NCBI GenBank assembly: GCA_034521815.1
Contig: JAXHLW010000013.1
Location: forward strand, 1,632,001 to 1,696,000
Direction of reading: 5' to 3'
DNA: 64,000 nucleotides
Origin: Trueperaceae bacterium
GTDB lineage: Bacteria > Deinococcota > Deinococci > Deinococcales > Trueperaceae
This document shows, in pieces, positions 52,679-63,680 of this stretch. The position numbers and the translations under genes were made by a program. How positions within the stretch are numbered: position 1 is the stretch's first letter; every line of letters starts with the position of its first letter. A model generated the notes under the pieces. The model saw only the letters and a list, made by a program, of their open reading frames with translations, ran no database searches and had not been told where the DNA came from.

Positions 52679-55048
52679 CTATTCGGTGGCCAGGCTCGAG
52701 ATGCTGGCGTCTGAGATGGAACGGGCACTGGCGGAGGTCGCTAGCCCGACGGCGACCAGGAGGGCCGCCGGCAGGGCGAGGTACGCCAGCAGCGGGTCGA
52801 CGACGAGATCGATCCGGCTCGTCCCTTGGAAGAGCATCTCGAACCCACCGAAGATCCCTTCGAACATGAGGTTGAAAAGCCCCTCGCCCAGCGTGTTCGC
52901 GGCGACCGTTCCCGCCACCACGCCCAGCACCAGCACCAGGGCCATACGGGTGAGGTACTGCGTCCGCAGGCCGGCGTCGTCCGCCCCGATGGCCCGCTGG
53001 ATGGCGATCTGGCCCGCATCGCGCGCAAGCAGCATCCGGGCGAACAACGCGGTCATCAGCACGGCGAGGGCGACGGCCGATACGGCCGACACGACGGCCG
53101 CGACCGTCACCTGTTCGGCGATGGGGCCCAGGGTCTGTACCTGCCACTGATCGATGTCGGCGACCGCGGCCGCGTCGAACCGCTCGCTGTACTCCCGTGC
53201 TTTCGGCACCGGCATCCACCCCGGCGGCCAGCTCGACGCCGACCATGGACCACATCACGTCGTTGCCCGCGGTCGGCAGCGTCGACTTGGCCGTCTTCCC
53301 ACCGTTGGTGATGTCTTGGTAGCTGCCGACGATGGTCAGGTCCCGTACCTCGCCTCCGACCTCGAGGGGCAGGCTCTGACCGACGGCGCGTCCGGCTTGG
53401 TTCAGCGCCAGGAGCGATAGGGCGATCTCGGACGCGTCCATCGCAGCGCGTCCCTCCGCGTAGACGAGCGGCAGCCGCGTGTGGTCGCCGTTCTCGACGT
53501 AGAGGCTGATCTCGTTGCCGTCCTTGTCGACGGTGTCGTTCAGCGTGGTCGTCATCGGGGCGATCGTCGTGACGTCGGGGTCCGCTTCGAGCTGCTCCAC
53601 GACGGCCGCGAAGGTGCGCCTCGACCCGTCGTCGACATGGCGCACGTCGAACCGCAGGTCGACGGGACCGACGCCCATGTAGTTGATGAAGTCCGGGGCG
53701 TTCACGGTCGTCGCCGTGCTGACCGGCACGATCATGATGAACGTGGAAACGGCGAACACGAAGAAGAGGAGGACGTAGGTGGGCCACCGACCCATCACGT
53801 CCGTCGCGCCGAGGTGGACGTGGACCGGCAGACAGGACCTGTACAGCCGCTGGCGTCCGGCCCCCGACGGCCGACTCGTCGCGCCTGCCCGGAGCGCGTC
53901 GATCGCGCTGATCCGGTCGAAGCGACGGAGCAACAGCAGCACGAACAGCACGAGGGCCACGAAGACGAAGACCGTCGCGAGCGCAGGAGCCAGCCAGTTC
54001 CAGATGCTCGGCACGGCGCCCATGTAGAGCGTGATCTTCCGGGTGAGGAGAGGCGTCAGCACCCAGTTCCCGAGCAGCTCTCAGCAGCGACGCGATGCCG
54101 GCGAGCACCGCGTACTTGGTGAGGTAGATCCGCTTGATGCCCCAGGGCGCCACGCCGATCGCCTTGAGCACGCCGATCTTCCCGATAGTCCTGCTCGGCA
54201 GCGGTCAGGAACGAGGAACCGCATGCACAGCAGCCCCACGAAGAGCAACAACACCGACACCAGGATCACGACGGCTGCGACCATGCCGTCGCCGACCATC
54301 GTGAGCATGCGGAAGATGGCCGTGTCGACCATCTGGCCGGCCTTGGGGAGGTCCGAGTCCTGGTACGCCTTCTCGAAGGCCGCGGTCTGGGTATCCGGAT
54401 CGTGCAGCCAGAATTCCACGAGGTGCTCGACCGTGCCCGTGTGCGCGCGCACGTCCTCCAAGTCCGACGCGGATACGGCGAGCCGCTTGGAGCTGGCGAT
54501 GGCGGGATTCATGATCGAGTCCCGGGCGAACCCGGCGATTCGCGAGCTTCTTCGGAACCCGTCCGGCGCCCGGACGGTCACCGTGTCGCCGATCTCGAGT
54601 GCGTTCTCGACGGCGTAGATCACCGGCAGCACGATCGTGCCGGGCGCCACCTCGGTGATGGGCTCGTTGTCCAGGTTCAGCAGGAGGTCCCGCTCGGGAT
54701 TGGGAACCACCAGCGCGTTCTGCTGGATGTTGGTCGTTTGCGCCACGCCGTCGAACGACAGGTTCGCCCCGTCGATGCCCAGCATCAGCATCGACTGGTG
54801 ATGGGCGACCTCCTGCCTTCCAGCGGCCCAACGCTCGACCGCCTGCGCGTCGTACGGGCCGGCGTGGATCTGCACGACGTGCGGCGCGTCGGAGAACTCG
54901 CCAGCAGACGGTTCGCGGCGCCGGTGAGGCGCGCCAGGGTCCCTGCGCTGGCCGCAGCGAGGAGCGCCGAGAGCGTCATCAGCACGACCAGGACCACCGT
55001 GATGCCGCGGTTGCGCGAGAAGTCCCGGGCGATCATGCGGGCGTACAT
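52679..55048 (-). CDS. FtsX-like ABC permease, several frameshifts
   Basis: Fragments MYARMIARDF.., LKAIGV..IKRIYL, IAIQRAIGA..LRTQY over ~2.4 kb. Confidence 0.75.
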
Positions 55049-55364
55049 CCTCAGACGCCGCCCGAGACGCTCGTGGCGCTGACGTCGCGGCGGGCGCCGT
55101 CGATCTGCAACCAGCCCTTCGCGATCCGCTCGCCGGTCCGCATCTCGCGTTCCTCCCAGTCCACGGGCGCGCGAACACGTTGTGGACAGGCCACGATGTC
55201 TCGTCCGAACGCCTCCATGGAGTGGCGAACGTCCCGAAGAGCACGCGAGTCGACGGCGAGCGAGGGACGGCCGGGCAATCGTGCCGGTCGTGCACGGTCG
55301 CTTTGACCCAGGTCATGGCCGGCCGGACGCCTTTTCGGCGATCCTCCCGATCGAAGGGGGAACG

Positions 55365-55600
55365 ATGCCGCACATCATCGCCGAACCGTGCATCGGAACG
55401 AAGGACGCGGCCTGCGTCGACGTCTGTCCCGTGGAGTGCATCTACGAGACCGACGACCAGTTCTACATCCACCCCGAGGAGTGCATCGACTGCGGTGCAT
55501 GCATCCCGGCTTGCCCGGTCGATGCCATCTTCATCGAAGAAGACGTTCCGCCGAATGGCGATCGTTCATCGCCAAGAACTACGAGCTGTCAGGACTCTAG
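55365..55600 (+). CDS. fdxA: 7Fe ([3Fe-4S][4Fe-4S]) ferredoxin, frameshift near 55550
   Basis: EPCIGTKDAACVDVCPVECIY...CIDCGACIPACPVDAI; C-terminus EWRSFIAKN in the adjacent frame. Confidence 0.88.
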
Positions 55601-55611
55601 GAGGCGACAGA

Positions 55612-56040
55612 ATGCCCACGCGCACATCGCACGCACGCTGGCAAGGCACCCTGCACAAGGGAAACGGCAACGTGGAACTCGGAAGCGGAGCGTTCAGGGG
55701 ACCGTATTCGTTCGCGTCACGTTTCGAGGACGAAGCCGGCACCAACCCCGAAGAGCTCATCGGAGCGGCGCACGCCGGTTGCTTCGCTCAGTACCTCGCC
55801 CTTCTCCTGGAGAAGGAGGGGTTCGACCCGGCGTCGATCGATGCCGATGCCCACGTCACCATCGAACAGGTCGACGGCAAGCCCACCATCACGTCCAGCA
55901 AGCTCACGGTGTCCGCCAAGGTGCCCGGGCTGGACCGCACGTCCTTCGAACGACACGCCCAGGCCGCCAAGACCGACTGTCCCGTGGCGAAGGCGCTGAC
56001 CGGCACCGATGTGACGCTCGAGGCCGAGCTCGTGAGCTGA
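55612..56040 (+). CDS. osmC: OsmC family peroxiredoxin
   Basis: YSFASRFE..GTNPEELIGAAHAGCF, AKTDCPVAKAL; AGGAGG RBS. Confidence 0.93.
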   Translation: MPTRTSHARWQGTLHKGNGNVELGSGAFRGPYSFASRFEDEAGTNPEELIGAAHAGCFAQYLALLLEKEGFDPASIDADAHVTIEQVDGKPTITSSKLTVSAKVPGLDRTSFERHAQAAKTDCPVAKALTGTDVTLEAELVS

Positions 56041-56071
56041 GGAGGCACGGATCCGATAGGCTGATGCACCC

Positions 56072-56541
56072 ATGAAGAAGGGTCCTCCACCATCCCCCGC
56101 GGCCGTCACGTTCATCGACAGGCACTTTCGAACGATTCTCGTAGCCATTCTCGTCGTCGGCACCACGGCGTCCGCAGTCGCTGTGGTTCTGGCCACGAGG
56201 TCCCCGCACGGATACGGAGTCCGCGAGCCTGCCGAGCTACCCGGTCGAGCAAGTCGTTCGAGGCCGCGACATCTTCCAGCACACCTGCGCTACCTGAAAC
56301 GGCCGCGAAGGACGAGGGAACCCCAGCGCGGGCGTGCCCGCCCTCGATGGGAGCATGCACGCCTGGCACCACCCGGACAGCCAAATCGCCGGGCTTCTTG
56401 CGGCACGGCGTCGGCGACATGCCCGCCGTCGGTAGCGAGTGGACCGACGACGAAATCCGGGCAGTGCTCGCGTACATCAAGCAATGGTGGGAGCCCGATC
56501 AGCTCGCCTGGCAGACGACCGCCTCGCGCCAGAACCCTTGA
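56072..56541 (+). pseudogene. Membrane-anchored monoheme cytochrome c, disrupted
   Basis: TM anchor; GRDIFQHTCAT*NG..G, PALDGSMHAWHHPD, GDMPA..WTDDEIRAVLAYIK across frames. Confidence 0.75.
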
Positions 56542-56616
56542 GCTGAACACGGGCTCGGGGTTCGAATCGAGTCTCAGGAACACGGTCCAGACAGGGTTCA
56601 CGCGCCGCAGGAAGCG

Positions 56617-57208
56617 GTGCCTCGCACCAGCGACCACGTCCGCTTGGCCGACGGCCGCCGAATCACGTTCGACCGCTTCGGCGAGGAAGGCCCCGCGGTG
56701 CTGCTGCTGCACGGAATACCAGGGTGGCGTGGCACGTTCGCACAGGTCGGCGCGCGCGTCGGACGACGCTGCCGCGCCTTCGCTCCCGACCTTCTCGGGT
56801 TCGGGGACTCCGACGACGCTCCCGACGGTGCACACGCTGCTCAGCACGCCGATGCCATCGCCAGCATGGCAGAAGCGCTCGGACTCGAGCGGTTCCACCT
56901 GGTCGGGTTCGACTTCGGCGGGCCCACGGCCATCGAGCTGGCGGGCAAGACCCGAGAGAAGGTCCGGTCGCTCACCCTCCTCGCGACGAACCTGTTCCCT
57001 GACACGCCGCCCGAGCCCTGGACGTGCCGTCGCTCGTGATCTGGGGCGACTCGGACCCCTCTTCCCGCTCTCCGTGGCGCGACGGACGGCAGCCGCGGTG
57101 AACGGACAGCTCGAGATCCTCGAGGGTTGCGGTCACTTCGTGCCGGAAGAGCGGCCGGAGCAGGTCGCTACGGCGATCTTGGACCTCGTCGAGCGGAGTG
57201 AAGGATAG
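56617..57208 (+). pseudogene. Alpha/beta hydrolase with apparent internal deletion and frameshift
   Basis: LLLHGIPG, APDLLGFG.S, VGFDFGG, then jumps to PSLVIWGDSD..GCGHFVPEERP; cap region missing. Confidence 0.7.
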
Positions 57209-57339
57209 CTATCCACAGGCTCTCGTCGACACAAACTGATTCCATCCGCCGACGACGAGATTCGCGCGCGACGAGCGTCGTGTACGTGCCACGTCATCCT
57301 GCGAACTGATCTCCTCGACCATGTATCGCTGGTCGGCGA

Positions 57340-57392
57340 TTGACAAGCCGTGCCGTCCGTCCGTACACTCCTGACACCTGAATCAGTCGTCA
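57340..57392 (+). promoter_or_regulatory. sigma70 promoter TTGACA-18-TACACT plus palindromic operator TGACacCTGAaTCAGtcGTCA
   Basis: -35 at 57340-45, -10 at 57364-69, inverted repeat 57372-92 over the predicted start site. Confidence 0.75.
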
Positions 57393-57436
57393 TGTTCTGG
57401 CTCGGCCGGTCCCCGGTCAGCCCAGGAGGTCGTCCG

Positions 57437-58081
57437 TTGCCCCAACGTCCACGTCCCGCCACCGCGCGCGGCGAAGCCACGAGGTCCAAGCTGCTGGACG
57501 CCGCCGAGCACGAGTTCGGCGAGAACGGCTTCCACGCCGCCTCCGTCGCCTCGATCACGCGCCGGGCGGGCGTGGCGCAGGGCACCTTCTACCTCTACTT
57601 CGCCTCCAAGGAGGACGCCATGCGAGAGCTCGTCGCCCACATGGGCCACGCGCTCCGCAGCGAGCTGAGCGTCGCGATCGCCGGCGCCGCGGAACGCATG
57701 GAGGTCGAGCGTCGCGGGTTCGAGGCGTTCGTGCGCTTCGCGCTGGCCCACGACAACCTGTACCGCGTGGTGATGGAGTCGCAGTTCGTGGACGAGGCCG
57801 TCTACCGCGACTACTACCGCCGCCTCGCCGACGGCTACGCGCGGGGCCTCGGGGCCGCGCAGCAGCGTGGCGAGGTCCGCGCCGGCGATCCCGAGGCGCA
57901 GGCGTGGGCGCTGATGGGCATCGCGCACTTCCTGGGCCTGCGTGCGATCTGGGCGGGCGGAGAGCCGGACGCCGCGACGATGGACGCGGCGTTCGACGTC
58001 GTGCGCCACGGGCTCCATCCCGCCTCGCCGACCAGCGCCACGCTGGCCGGCGACAGGGCACGAACGGAGACCGAGGCATGA
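57437..58081 (+). CDS. TetR/AcrR family regulator
   Basis: LLDAAEHEF..GFHAASV..ITRRAGVAQGTFYLYFASKE; AGGAGG before TTG. Confidence 0.92.
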   Translation: MPQRPRPATARGEATRSKLLDAAEHEFGENGFHAASVASITRRAGVAQGTFYLYFASKEDAMRELVAHMGHALRSELSVAIAGAAERMEVERRGFEAFVRFALAHDNLYRVVMESQFVDEAVYRDYYRRLADGYARGLGAAQQRGEVRAGDPEAQAWALMGIAHFLGLRAIWAGGEPDAATMDAAFDVVRHGLHPASPTSATLAGDRARTETEA

Positions 58082-59097
58082 GCCGGCCCGATCGCATCGG
58101 CGTCGTCGGGCTGGGCACCTACCTGCCCGAGGGTCGCACCAGCTCGGCCGACATCGCCGCCGCCTCCGGCCTGCCGGAGTGGGTCGTGCGCGACAAGCTC
58201 GGCATTCACCAGAAGCCCGCGCCCGGTCCCGACGATCATCCCACCGCCATGGGGGTGTGGGCCGCGCAGCGCGCGCTGGCCGACGCCGGCCTCTCGCCCG
58301 CGGACGTCGACGTCGTGATCAGCATGACCGAGGAGTACAAGGAGTACCCGGTCTGGACGGCCGGCATCGCGCTGGCGCACGACCTGGGCGCCACGAACGC
58401 CTGGGCGTACGACGTCGGGCAGAAGTGCGGCACCTCCGTCCTCGGGCTGAAGCTGGCGCGCGACACGATCGCCGCCGACCCCGACGTCGACACGGTGCTG
58501 GTCGCCGGCGGCTACCGCAACGGCGACCTGATCGACTACCGCGATCCGAACGTCCGGTTCATGTTCAACCTCGGCGCCGGCGGTGCGGCGGCCGTCGTGC
58601 GTCGCGGCGCCGGGCACGACATCGCCGGGTCGCACATCGTCACCGACGGCAGCTTCTCGCTGGACGTGAAGGTGCCGGTCGGCGGGACGGTGGCGCCGAT
58701 CGGTCCCGACAACGCCGATCGGTTCCGCCTGGAGGTGGCCGATCCTGCCGGCATGAAGGAGCGGCTGGAGGCGAAGAGCCTGGACACCTTCCGCGAGGTC
58801 GTGGTGCAGGCCTGCCGCAAGGCGGGCGCCACGCCGGACCAGATCCGGCACCTCGCGATGCTGCACGTCAAGCGCAGCGCGCACCACTGGCTGCTGGACG
58901 CGCTGGGCTTGAGCGAGGACCGCTCGATCTACCTCGAGGACGTCGGCCACCTCGGCCAGGTGGACCAGCTGCTCAGCCTGGAGCGGGCTCGCGACCAAGG
59001 CCGGCTGTCGCACGGCGACCTCGTCGTGCTCGTCGCCGCCGGCGTGGGCTACGTCTGGAACGCGCTGGCGCTGCGCTGGGACGGACCGCCGTCGTGA
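58078..59097 (+). CDS. 3-oxoacyl-ACP synthase III-like (FabH-like) enzyme
   Basis: GLGTYLPE, YDVGQKCGT, GAGGAAAVV, LHVK, GHLG, AAGVGY. Confidence 0.85.
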   Translation: MSRPDRIGVVGLGTYLPEGRTSSADIAAASGLPEWVVRDKLGIHQKPAPGPDDHPTAMGVWAAQRALADAGLSPADVDVVISMTEEYKEYPVWTAGIALAHDLGATNAWAYDVGQKCGTSVLGLKLARDTIAADPDVDTVLVAGGYRNGDLIDYRDPNVRFMFNLGAGGAAAVVRRGAGHDIAGSHIVTDGSFSLDVKVPVGGTVAPIGPDNADRFRLEVADPAGMKERLEAKSLDTFREVVVQACRKAGATPDQIRHLAMLHVKRSAHHWLLDALGLSEDRSIYLEDVGHLGQVDQLLSLERARDQGRLSHGDLVVLVAAGVGYVWNALALRWDGPPS

Positions 59098-60593
59098 GCT
59101 CCCCGGTGCAGCTGGACGTCGCCGCCAGGCGAGCCGAGCTGGCGCCGCGGCGGCCGGCGGTCTGGTGGCGCGGCGACTGGATCGACTACGGCACCCTGAA
59201 CCAGCGGGCCGAACGTCTGGCCGGCCGCCTGTACGCGGAGGGGATCCGCCCCGGCGACCGCGTCTCGATCCTGGCGCACAACCACGTCGCCCACCTGGAC
59301 CTGATCCTGGCCACCGCCAAGTCCGGGGCCGTGTACGCCCCCCTGAACGTTCGCCTGGCGCCGGCCGAACAGACCGCCATCGCGGCCTACCTTCGTCCCA
59401 GCCTGCTGCTGCACGACGAGGATCACCGAGAAGGCGCCGACGCCACCGGCGTGCCCCGCGTCGAGCTCGAGCGGTACGACGACTGGCTGGGCGACCCCGC
59501 GCCCGCCCCCACGCCGGCGCTGACGCTGGACGATCCCCAGATGATCCTGCTGACCGGCGGCACCACCGGCCTCCCGAAAGGAGCGGTCCAGCCGTACCGG
59601 CAAGGCTTCGTGAACGCCGAGAACACCGTGCTGTCGTGGGGCCTGCGCGACGACGACGGCTGCGTCCAGGCGACGCCGTGCTTCCACGCCGCGGTGAACG
59701 CGCTGACCCTGCCGCTTCTGCACCTCGGTGGGCGGGTCGCGCTGCTCGAGCGCTTCGAGCCCGCCGCCTACCTCGACGCGGTGCAGGCGTCGGACGCCAC
59801 CCTGATGTTCCTGGTGCCGACGATGTACCAGCTGGTGGCCGAGGATCCCTCGTTCGCGAGCGCCGACCTGAGCCGCATCCGCTGGGCGATCAGCGGCGGC
59901 GCGCCCTGCCCGGACCCGGTGCGGCGCGCGTTCGCGGACCGTGGCGTGCGGTTCAAGCAGGGCTACGGGCTCACCGAAGCCGGGGTGAACTGTTTCGCGA
60001 TCGACCTCGACGACGCCGAGGCGCACCCCGACGCGGTCGGCGTGCCGATCCTCCGGGCCGTGGCCGAGGTGCGACGGCCCGACGGAACGCCGTGCGATGT
60101 CGGCGAGGTGGGCGAGCTCACGCTGGCCGGTGAGCACCTGTTCGCGGGCTACTTCGAGCGACCCGACGCCACCGCCGAGACGCTGCGCGACGGCTGGCTG
60201 TGGACCGGCGACCTGGCCTCGCGCGACGAGGAGGGGCGCTACCGCATCGTCGGCAGGCGCAAGGAGATGTTCATCTCGGGCGGCGAGAACGTCTACCCCG
60301 CCGAGATCGAGCGTGCGCTCCACGATCATCCCCGCGTCGGCGCGTGCGCCGTCGTCGGCGTGCCCGACGAGCGCTGGGGCGAGGTGGGGCTGATGGCCGT
60401 CGTGCCCCGGCACGGCGTGCAGCAGACCGGCGACGAGCTGACCGGCGACGAGCTTCGCGCCTGGCTGCGCGAGCGACTGGCGCGCTACAAGGTCCCCAAG
60501 CACGTCCGGCTGCTGGACGCGCTGCCGACCTCCGGCGCCGGCAAGATTCTCAAGGCCGAGCTGGCCCACAGCTTCACAGAGGAGAACCGATGA
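59094..60593 (+). CDS. AMP-dependent acyl-CoA synthetase
   Basis: TGGTTGLPKG, QGYGLTE, WTGDLA, GRRKEMFISGGENVYPAE, GAGKILK. Confidence 0.92.
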   Translation: MSSPVQLDVAARRAELAPRRPAVWWRGDWIDYGTLNQRAERLAGRLYAEGIRPGDRVSILAHNHVAHLDLILATAKSGAVYAPLNVRLAPAEQTAIAAYLRPSLLLHDEDHREGADATGVPRVELERYDDWLGDPAPAPTPALTLDDPQMILLTGGTTGLPKGAVQPYRQGFVNAENTVLSWGLRDDDGCVQATPCFHAAVNALTLPLLHLGGRVALLERFEPAAYLDAVQASDATLMFLVPTMYQLVAEDPSFASADLSRIRWAISGGAPCPDPVRRAFADRGVRFKQGYGLTEAGVNCFAIDLDDAEAHPDAVGVPILRAVAEVRRPDGTPCDVGEVGELTLAGEHLFAGYFERPDATAETLRDGWLWTGDLASRDEEGRYRIVGRRKEMFISGGENVYPAEIERALHDHPRVGACAVVGVPDERWGEVGLMAVVPRHGVQQTGDELTGDELRAWLRERLARYKVPKHVRLLDALPTSGAGKILKAELAHSFTEENR

Positions 60594-61412
60594 CGTCAGA
60601 CGCGTTTCCCACCAGCGTGAACGATCACGACGTCCGCCTCGCCAGCGGAGCGACGATCCGCGTGGCGGAGGCCGGCGACGTGGACGGCGGGACGCCGGTC
60701 GTGCTGGTGCACGGCAACTTCGCGAGCAGGCGCTGGTGGACCGATCTCCTGACCCGGCCGCCGCGTGGGCTTCGCCTGATCGCGCCGGACCTTCCGAACT
60801 TCGGCGCGTCCGACCCGCTGCCGGGCACGCTATCGCTGGACGGCTACGCGGACGCCCTGATCGCCACCATGGACGCCCTGAGCGTGGACCGGGCCGTGCT
60901 GGTCGGCCACAGCCTCGGTGCCGCCGTGGTCGAGCGGGCCGTGCTGGCCGCTCCAGGCCGCGTCGCGGGCTTGATGCTCGTCGATGGCTGCACCCCCCGA
61001 AGGCCTTCCGCGGCCCGAAGAGCACTACGCGCTGCTCTCGGGCTTCGTCGGCGACCGCGACGGCCTGGCGGCCGCGCTGGCGCCGCTGTGCGGCACCCGC
61101 ACCCCGCCGTACTGGGAGGCGCTCCTCGACGATGCCCTGGCGATGGCGGCTCCCGCCTTCGAAGGCAACGCGCGAGCGCTCGGAGGGGCGGCATTGGCCG
61201 CTCCCCCCGCCGGGTTCGACCTGCCCGTCCTCGTCCTTCACGGCGGCATGGACCCTCTGATCGACACCGACATGGCGATGGCCACGGCGCGCCACTGGCC
61301 GGATGCGCACTTGGAGACGTGGCCCGACGTGGGCCACTCGCCGCAGGTCGAGGCGCCCGACCGGTTCGCCGCCCTGTTGACCGCCTTCGTGCAGGGGGCG
61401 GCCATGGTCTGA
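60590..61412 (+). CDS. Alpha/beta hydrolase (GHSLG), frameshift in the C-run near 60995
   Basis: VHGNFAS, APDLPNFG.S, GHSLG; second frame VLVLHG..D..GHSPQVE. Confidence 0.85.
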
Positions 61413-61491
61413 CCTCTCCCCCGTCCATCCACCCTCCGCCCCCTGCGTCGGCCGCTACGCCGACCTCGTCCCGTCCCCTTGGAGGACCCGT

Positions 61492-62682
61492 ATGAAGCGC
61501 ATCCTGACCATCCTCGCGACCGGCCTGATCGCCGTCGCCTTCGCGCAGCCCGTCCAGATCGGCCTGCTATCGCCCCTCACCGGCGGTGCCGCCGGCACCG
61601 GCCAGGCGCAGAAGGCCGGCTTCGAGCTGGCCCTGCAGGAGATCAACGCCGCGGGCGGCGTGCTGGGCGAGCCGCTCGAGATCATCCTGGAAGACACCCA
61701 GGCCTCGCCCGAGGTCGCCTTGGCCGCGTTCGAGAAGCTGATGACCGAAGACGGCGTCGCGTTCGTCGGCGGCGGCTACTCCAGCGGCGTCACCCTCGCC
61801 CTGATCGAGTCGCTCAAGACGTTCCAGCCCGTGGTGAGCTGGATCGGCGGCGCCGTCTCCGGCGTCGGCATCGACGGCTTCGACGGTATCGAGGAGCTCC
61901 TGGCCGACGAGCCCTGGTTCTTCCACGTCCACCCGTGGGACTACCACAACGTCGACGCGGCCACCTCGTTCGTCGCGGACAGCGGCGTCGAGACCGTCGC
62001 GCTGCTCCACGAGGACAGCGCCTTCGGCGGCCCCGGCTCCGCCGGCGCGCAGGCCCTGCTCGAAGAGGCCGGCCTCGAGGTCACGCTGCGTGAAGCGTTC
62101 ACCTCGACCCTGCTGGGCGGCAGCGGCGACTTCCGCGCCGCGATCAGCAAGGCCCAGGCCACGAACGCCGACATGCTGTACTGGATCGGCTACGACAGCG
62201 ACGTGGTGCCGCTCACCAGCCAGGTGCGCGAGCTGGGCTACGTCCCGCAGCAGATCTTCGGGGCCCCTCCCGGATGGCCGTCGGAGTTCGGCGCCGCGCC
62301 CGAAGCGCAGTGCGTCACCGGTCTGATCGGCTTCCTGCCCAACCTGCCGACCGAAGAGGCCAGCGCGTTCACCAGCGCCTACACCGACCTTCACGGCACC
62401 GCGCCCGACAACTACATGGCCGCCCTCGCCTACGCCCAGCTGTGGTCGTTCGCCGACGCCATCAACGCCGCCGGCAGCGCCGACGAGCAGGCCGTGATGG
62501 AGCAGATGGAGACGATGACGTTCCGCTCGCCGATGGGCGACTGGTCGTTCGGCCCCAGCGAGCTCACCGAGCGTCAGGGCTTCGACGCCGACATGTGGCT
62601 GGTGTTCCAGTACCAGGACGGCGTCCGCGAGATCGTCTGGCCGCTCGAGCGGGCCACCGCGCCGCTGGCCAGCTGCCGCTGA
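61492..62682 (+). CDS. ABC transporter substrate-binding protein (LivJ/K-type)
   Basis: Signal peptide; IGLLSPLTG, EINAAGGVLG, GGYSSG. Confidence 0.9.
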   Translation: MKRILTILATGLIAVAFAQPVQIGLLSPLTGGAAGTGQAQKAGFELALQEINAAGGVLGEPLEIILEDTQASPEVALAAFEKLMTEDGVAFVGGGYSSGVTLALIESLKTFQPVVSWIGGAVSGVGIDGFDGIEELLADEPWFFHVHPWDYHNVDAATSFVADSGVETVALLHEDSAFGGPGSAGAQALLEEAGLEVTLREAFTSTLLGGSGDFRAAISKAQATNADMLYWIGYDSDVVPLTSQVRELGYVPQQIFGAPPGWPSEFGAAPEAQCVTGLIGFLPNLPTEEASAFTSAYTDLHGTAPDNYMAALAYAQLWSFADAINAAGSADEQAVMEQMETMTFRSPMGDWSFGPSELTERQGFDADMWLVFQYQDGVREIVWPLERATAPLASCR

Positions 62683-62813
62683 TCCACGTCCTGTGATCGG
62701 CCGCACCTGAGCCGACCCCTGCCCCAGCCGGCGCGCCCCCCGCGCGCCGGTGCACGGCGCCGACCTCGTCCGGGGGGCGGGCCAGCCCCGTCCCCCGACC
62801 CACGCGGAGCTCC

Positions 62814-63680
62814 ATGGACCCCACCCTGATCCTCCAAGCCGTCGTGTCCGGCGTGCTGGCCTCGGGCCTGTACGCGCTGGTGTCGGTCGGTCTGGCCCTC
62901 GCCATCGGCGTGATCGGCATCGTGAACTTCGCCCACGGCGAGTTCTTCATGATCGGCGCCTTCCTGACGTACCAGCTGTTCGTCTCCTTCGGCGTCGACC
63001 CCGTCTTCTCCCTTCTGTTCGTCGCACCGGCCCTGTTCCTGCTGGGCGCGGTGATCTATCGCACCACCATCCAGTACGTCCTCGAGGCGCCCGAGCTGAA
63101 CCAGATGCTGCTCACCTTCGGGCTGGGGATCGTGCTGCAGAACCTCGCCCTGCTGATCTGGGGCGGCGATCCCGTGTCGATCTCGGGCATCGCGTACCGC
63201 TCGATCGGCTACCGGATCGGCGGCATCTCCGTCGGACTGGTGTCGCTGGTCAGCTTCGCGGTCTCGATCCTCCTGGTCGCGGGCCTGTACCTGGCGCTGT
63301 CGCGCAGCCGCACGGGCCGCGCCATGCGGGCCGTCGCGCAGAACCGGGTCGGCGCTTCGCTGGTCGGGCTCGAGGTCAACCGCGTCTACCTGGTCGCCTT
63401 CGCGCTCTCGGCGCTGCTCGCCGGCATCGGCGGCGTGATGATCGCCGTGATCCAGTCGCCCACCCCCACGATCGGCCTGGCGTTCACGCTCAAGGCGTTC
63501 TCGATCGTGGTGCTGGCCGGCCTGGGCAACATCCGCGGCGTCCTGGTGGCCTCGCTGGTCGTCGCGCTGGCCGAGTCGCTCGTCGCCACGCTGGTGCCCA
63601 ACGGGGGCACCCTCAGCAACGCGGTGTTCTTCGCGATCATCTTCCTCGCCCTCATCTGGCGCAGTCGGAGGACGGTATGA
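62814..63680 (+). CDS. LivH-type ABC permease
   Basis: GIVNFAHGEF, GRAMRAVAQNR, LKAFSIVVLAGLG. Confidence 0.92.
   Translation: MDPTLILQAVVSGVLASGLYALVSVGLALAIGVIGIVNFAHGEFFMIGAFLTYQLFVSFGVDPVFSLLFVAPALFLLGAVIYRTTIQYVLEAPELNQMLLTFGLGIVLQNLALLIWGGDPVSISGIAYRSIGYRIGGISVGLVSLVSFAVSILLVAGLYLALSRSRTGRAMRAVAQNRVGASLVGLEVNRVYLVAFALSALLAGIGGVMIAVIQSPTPTIGLAFTLKAFSIVVLAGLGNIRGVLVASLVVALAESLVATLVPNGGTLSNAVFFAIIFLALIWRSRRTV

Noticed and set aside
55051-55320. Short minus-strand ORF upstream of the ABC permease
   Set aside because: No recognisable motif or reliable start; may be a gene remnant but cannot be supported.
56295-56297. Selenocysteine in the cytochrome c heme motif
   Set aside because: The following His is also lost and the gene has other frameshifts; error or decay is simpler.
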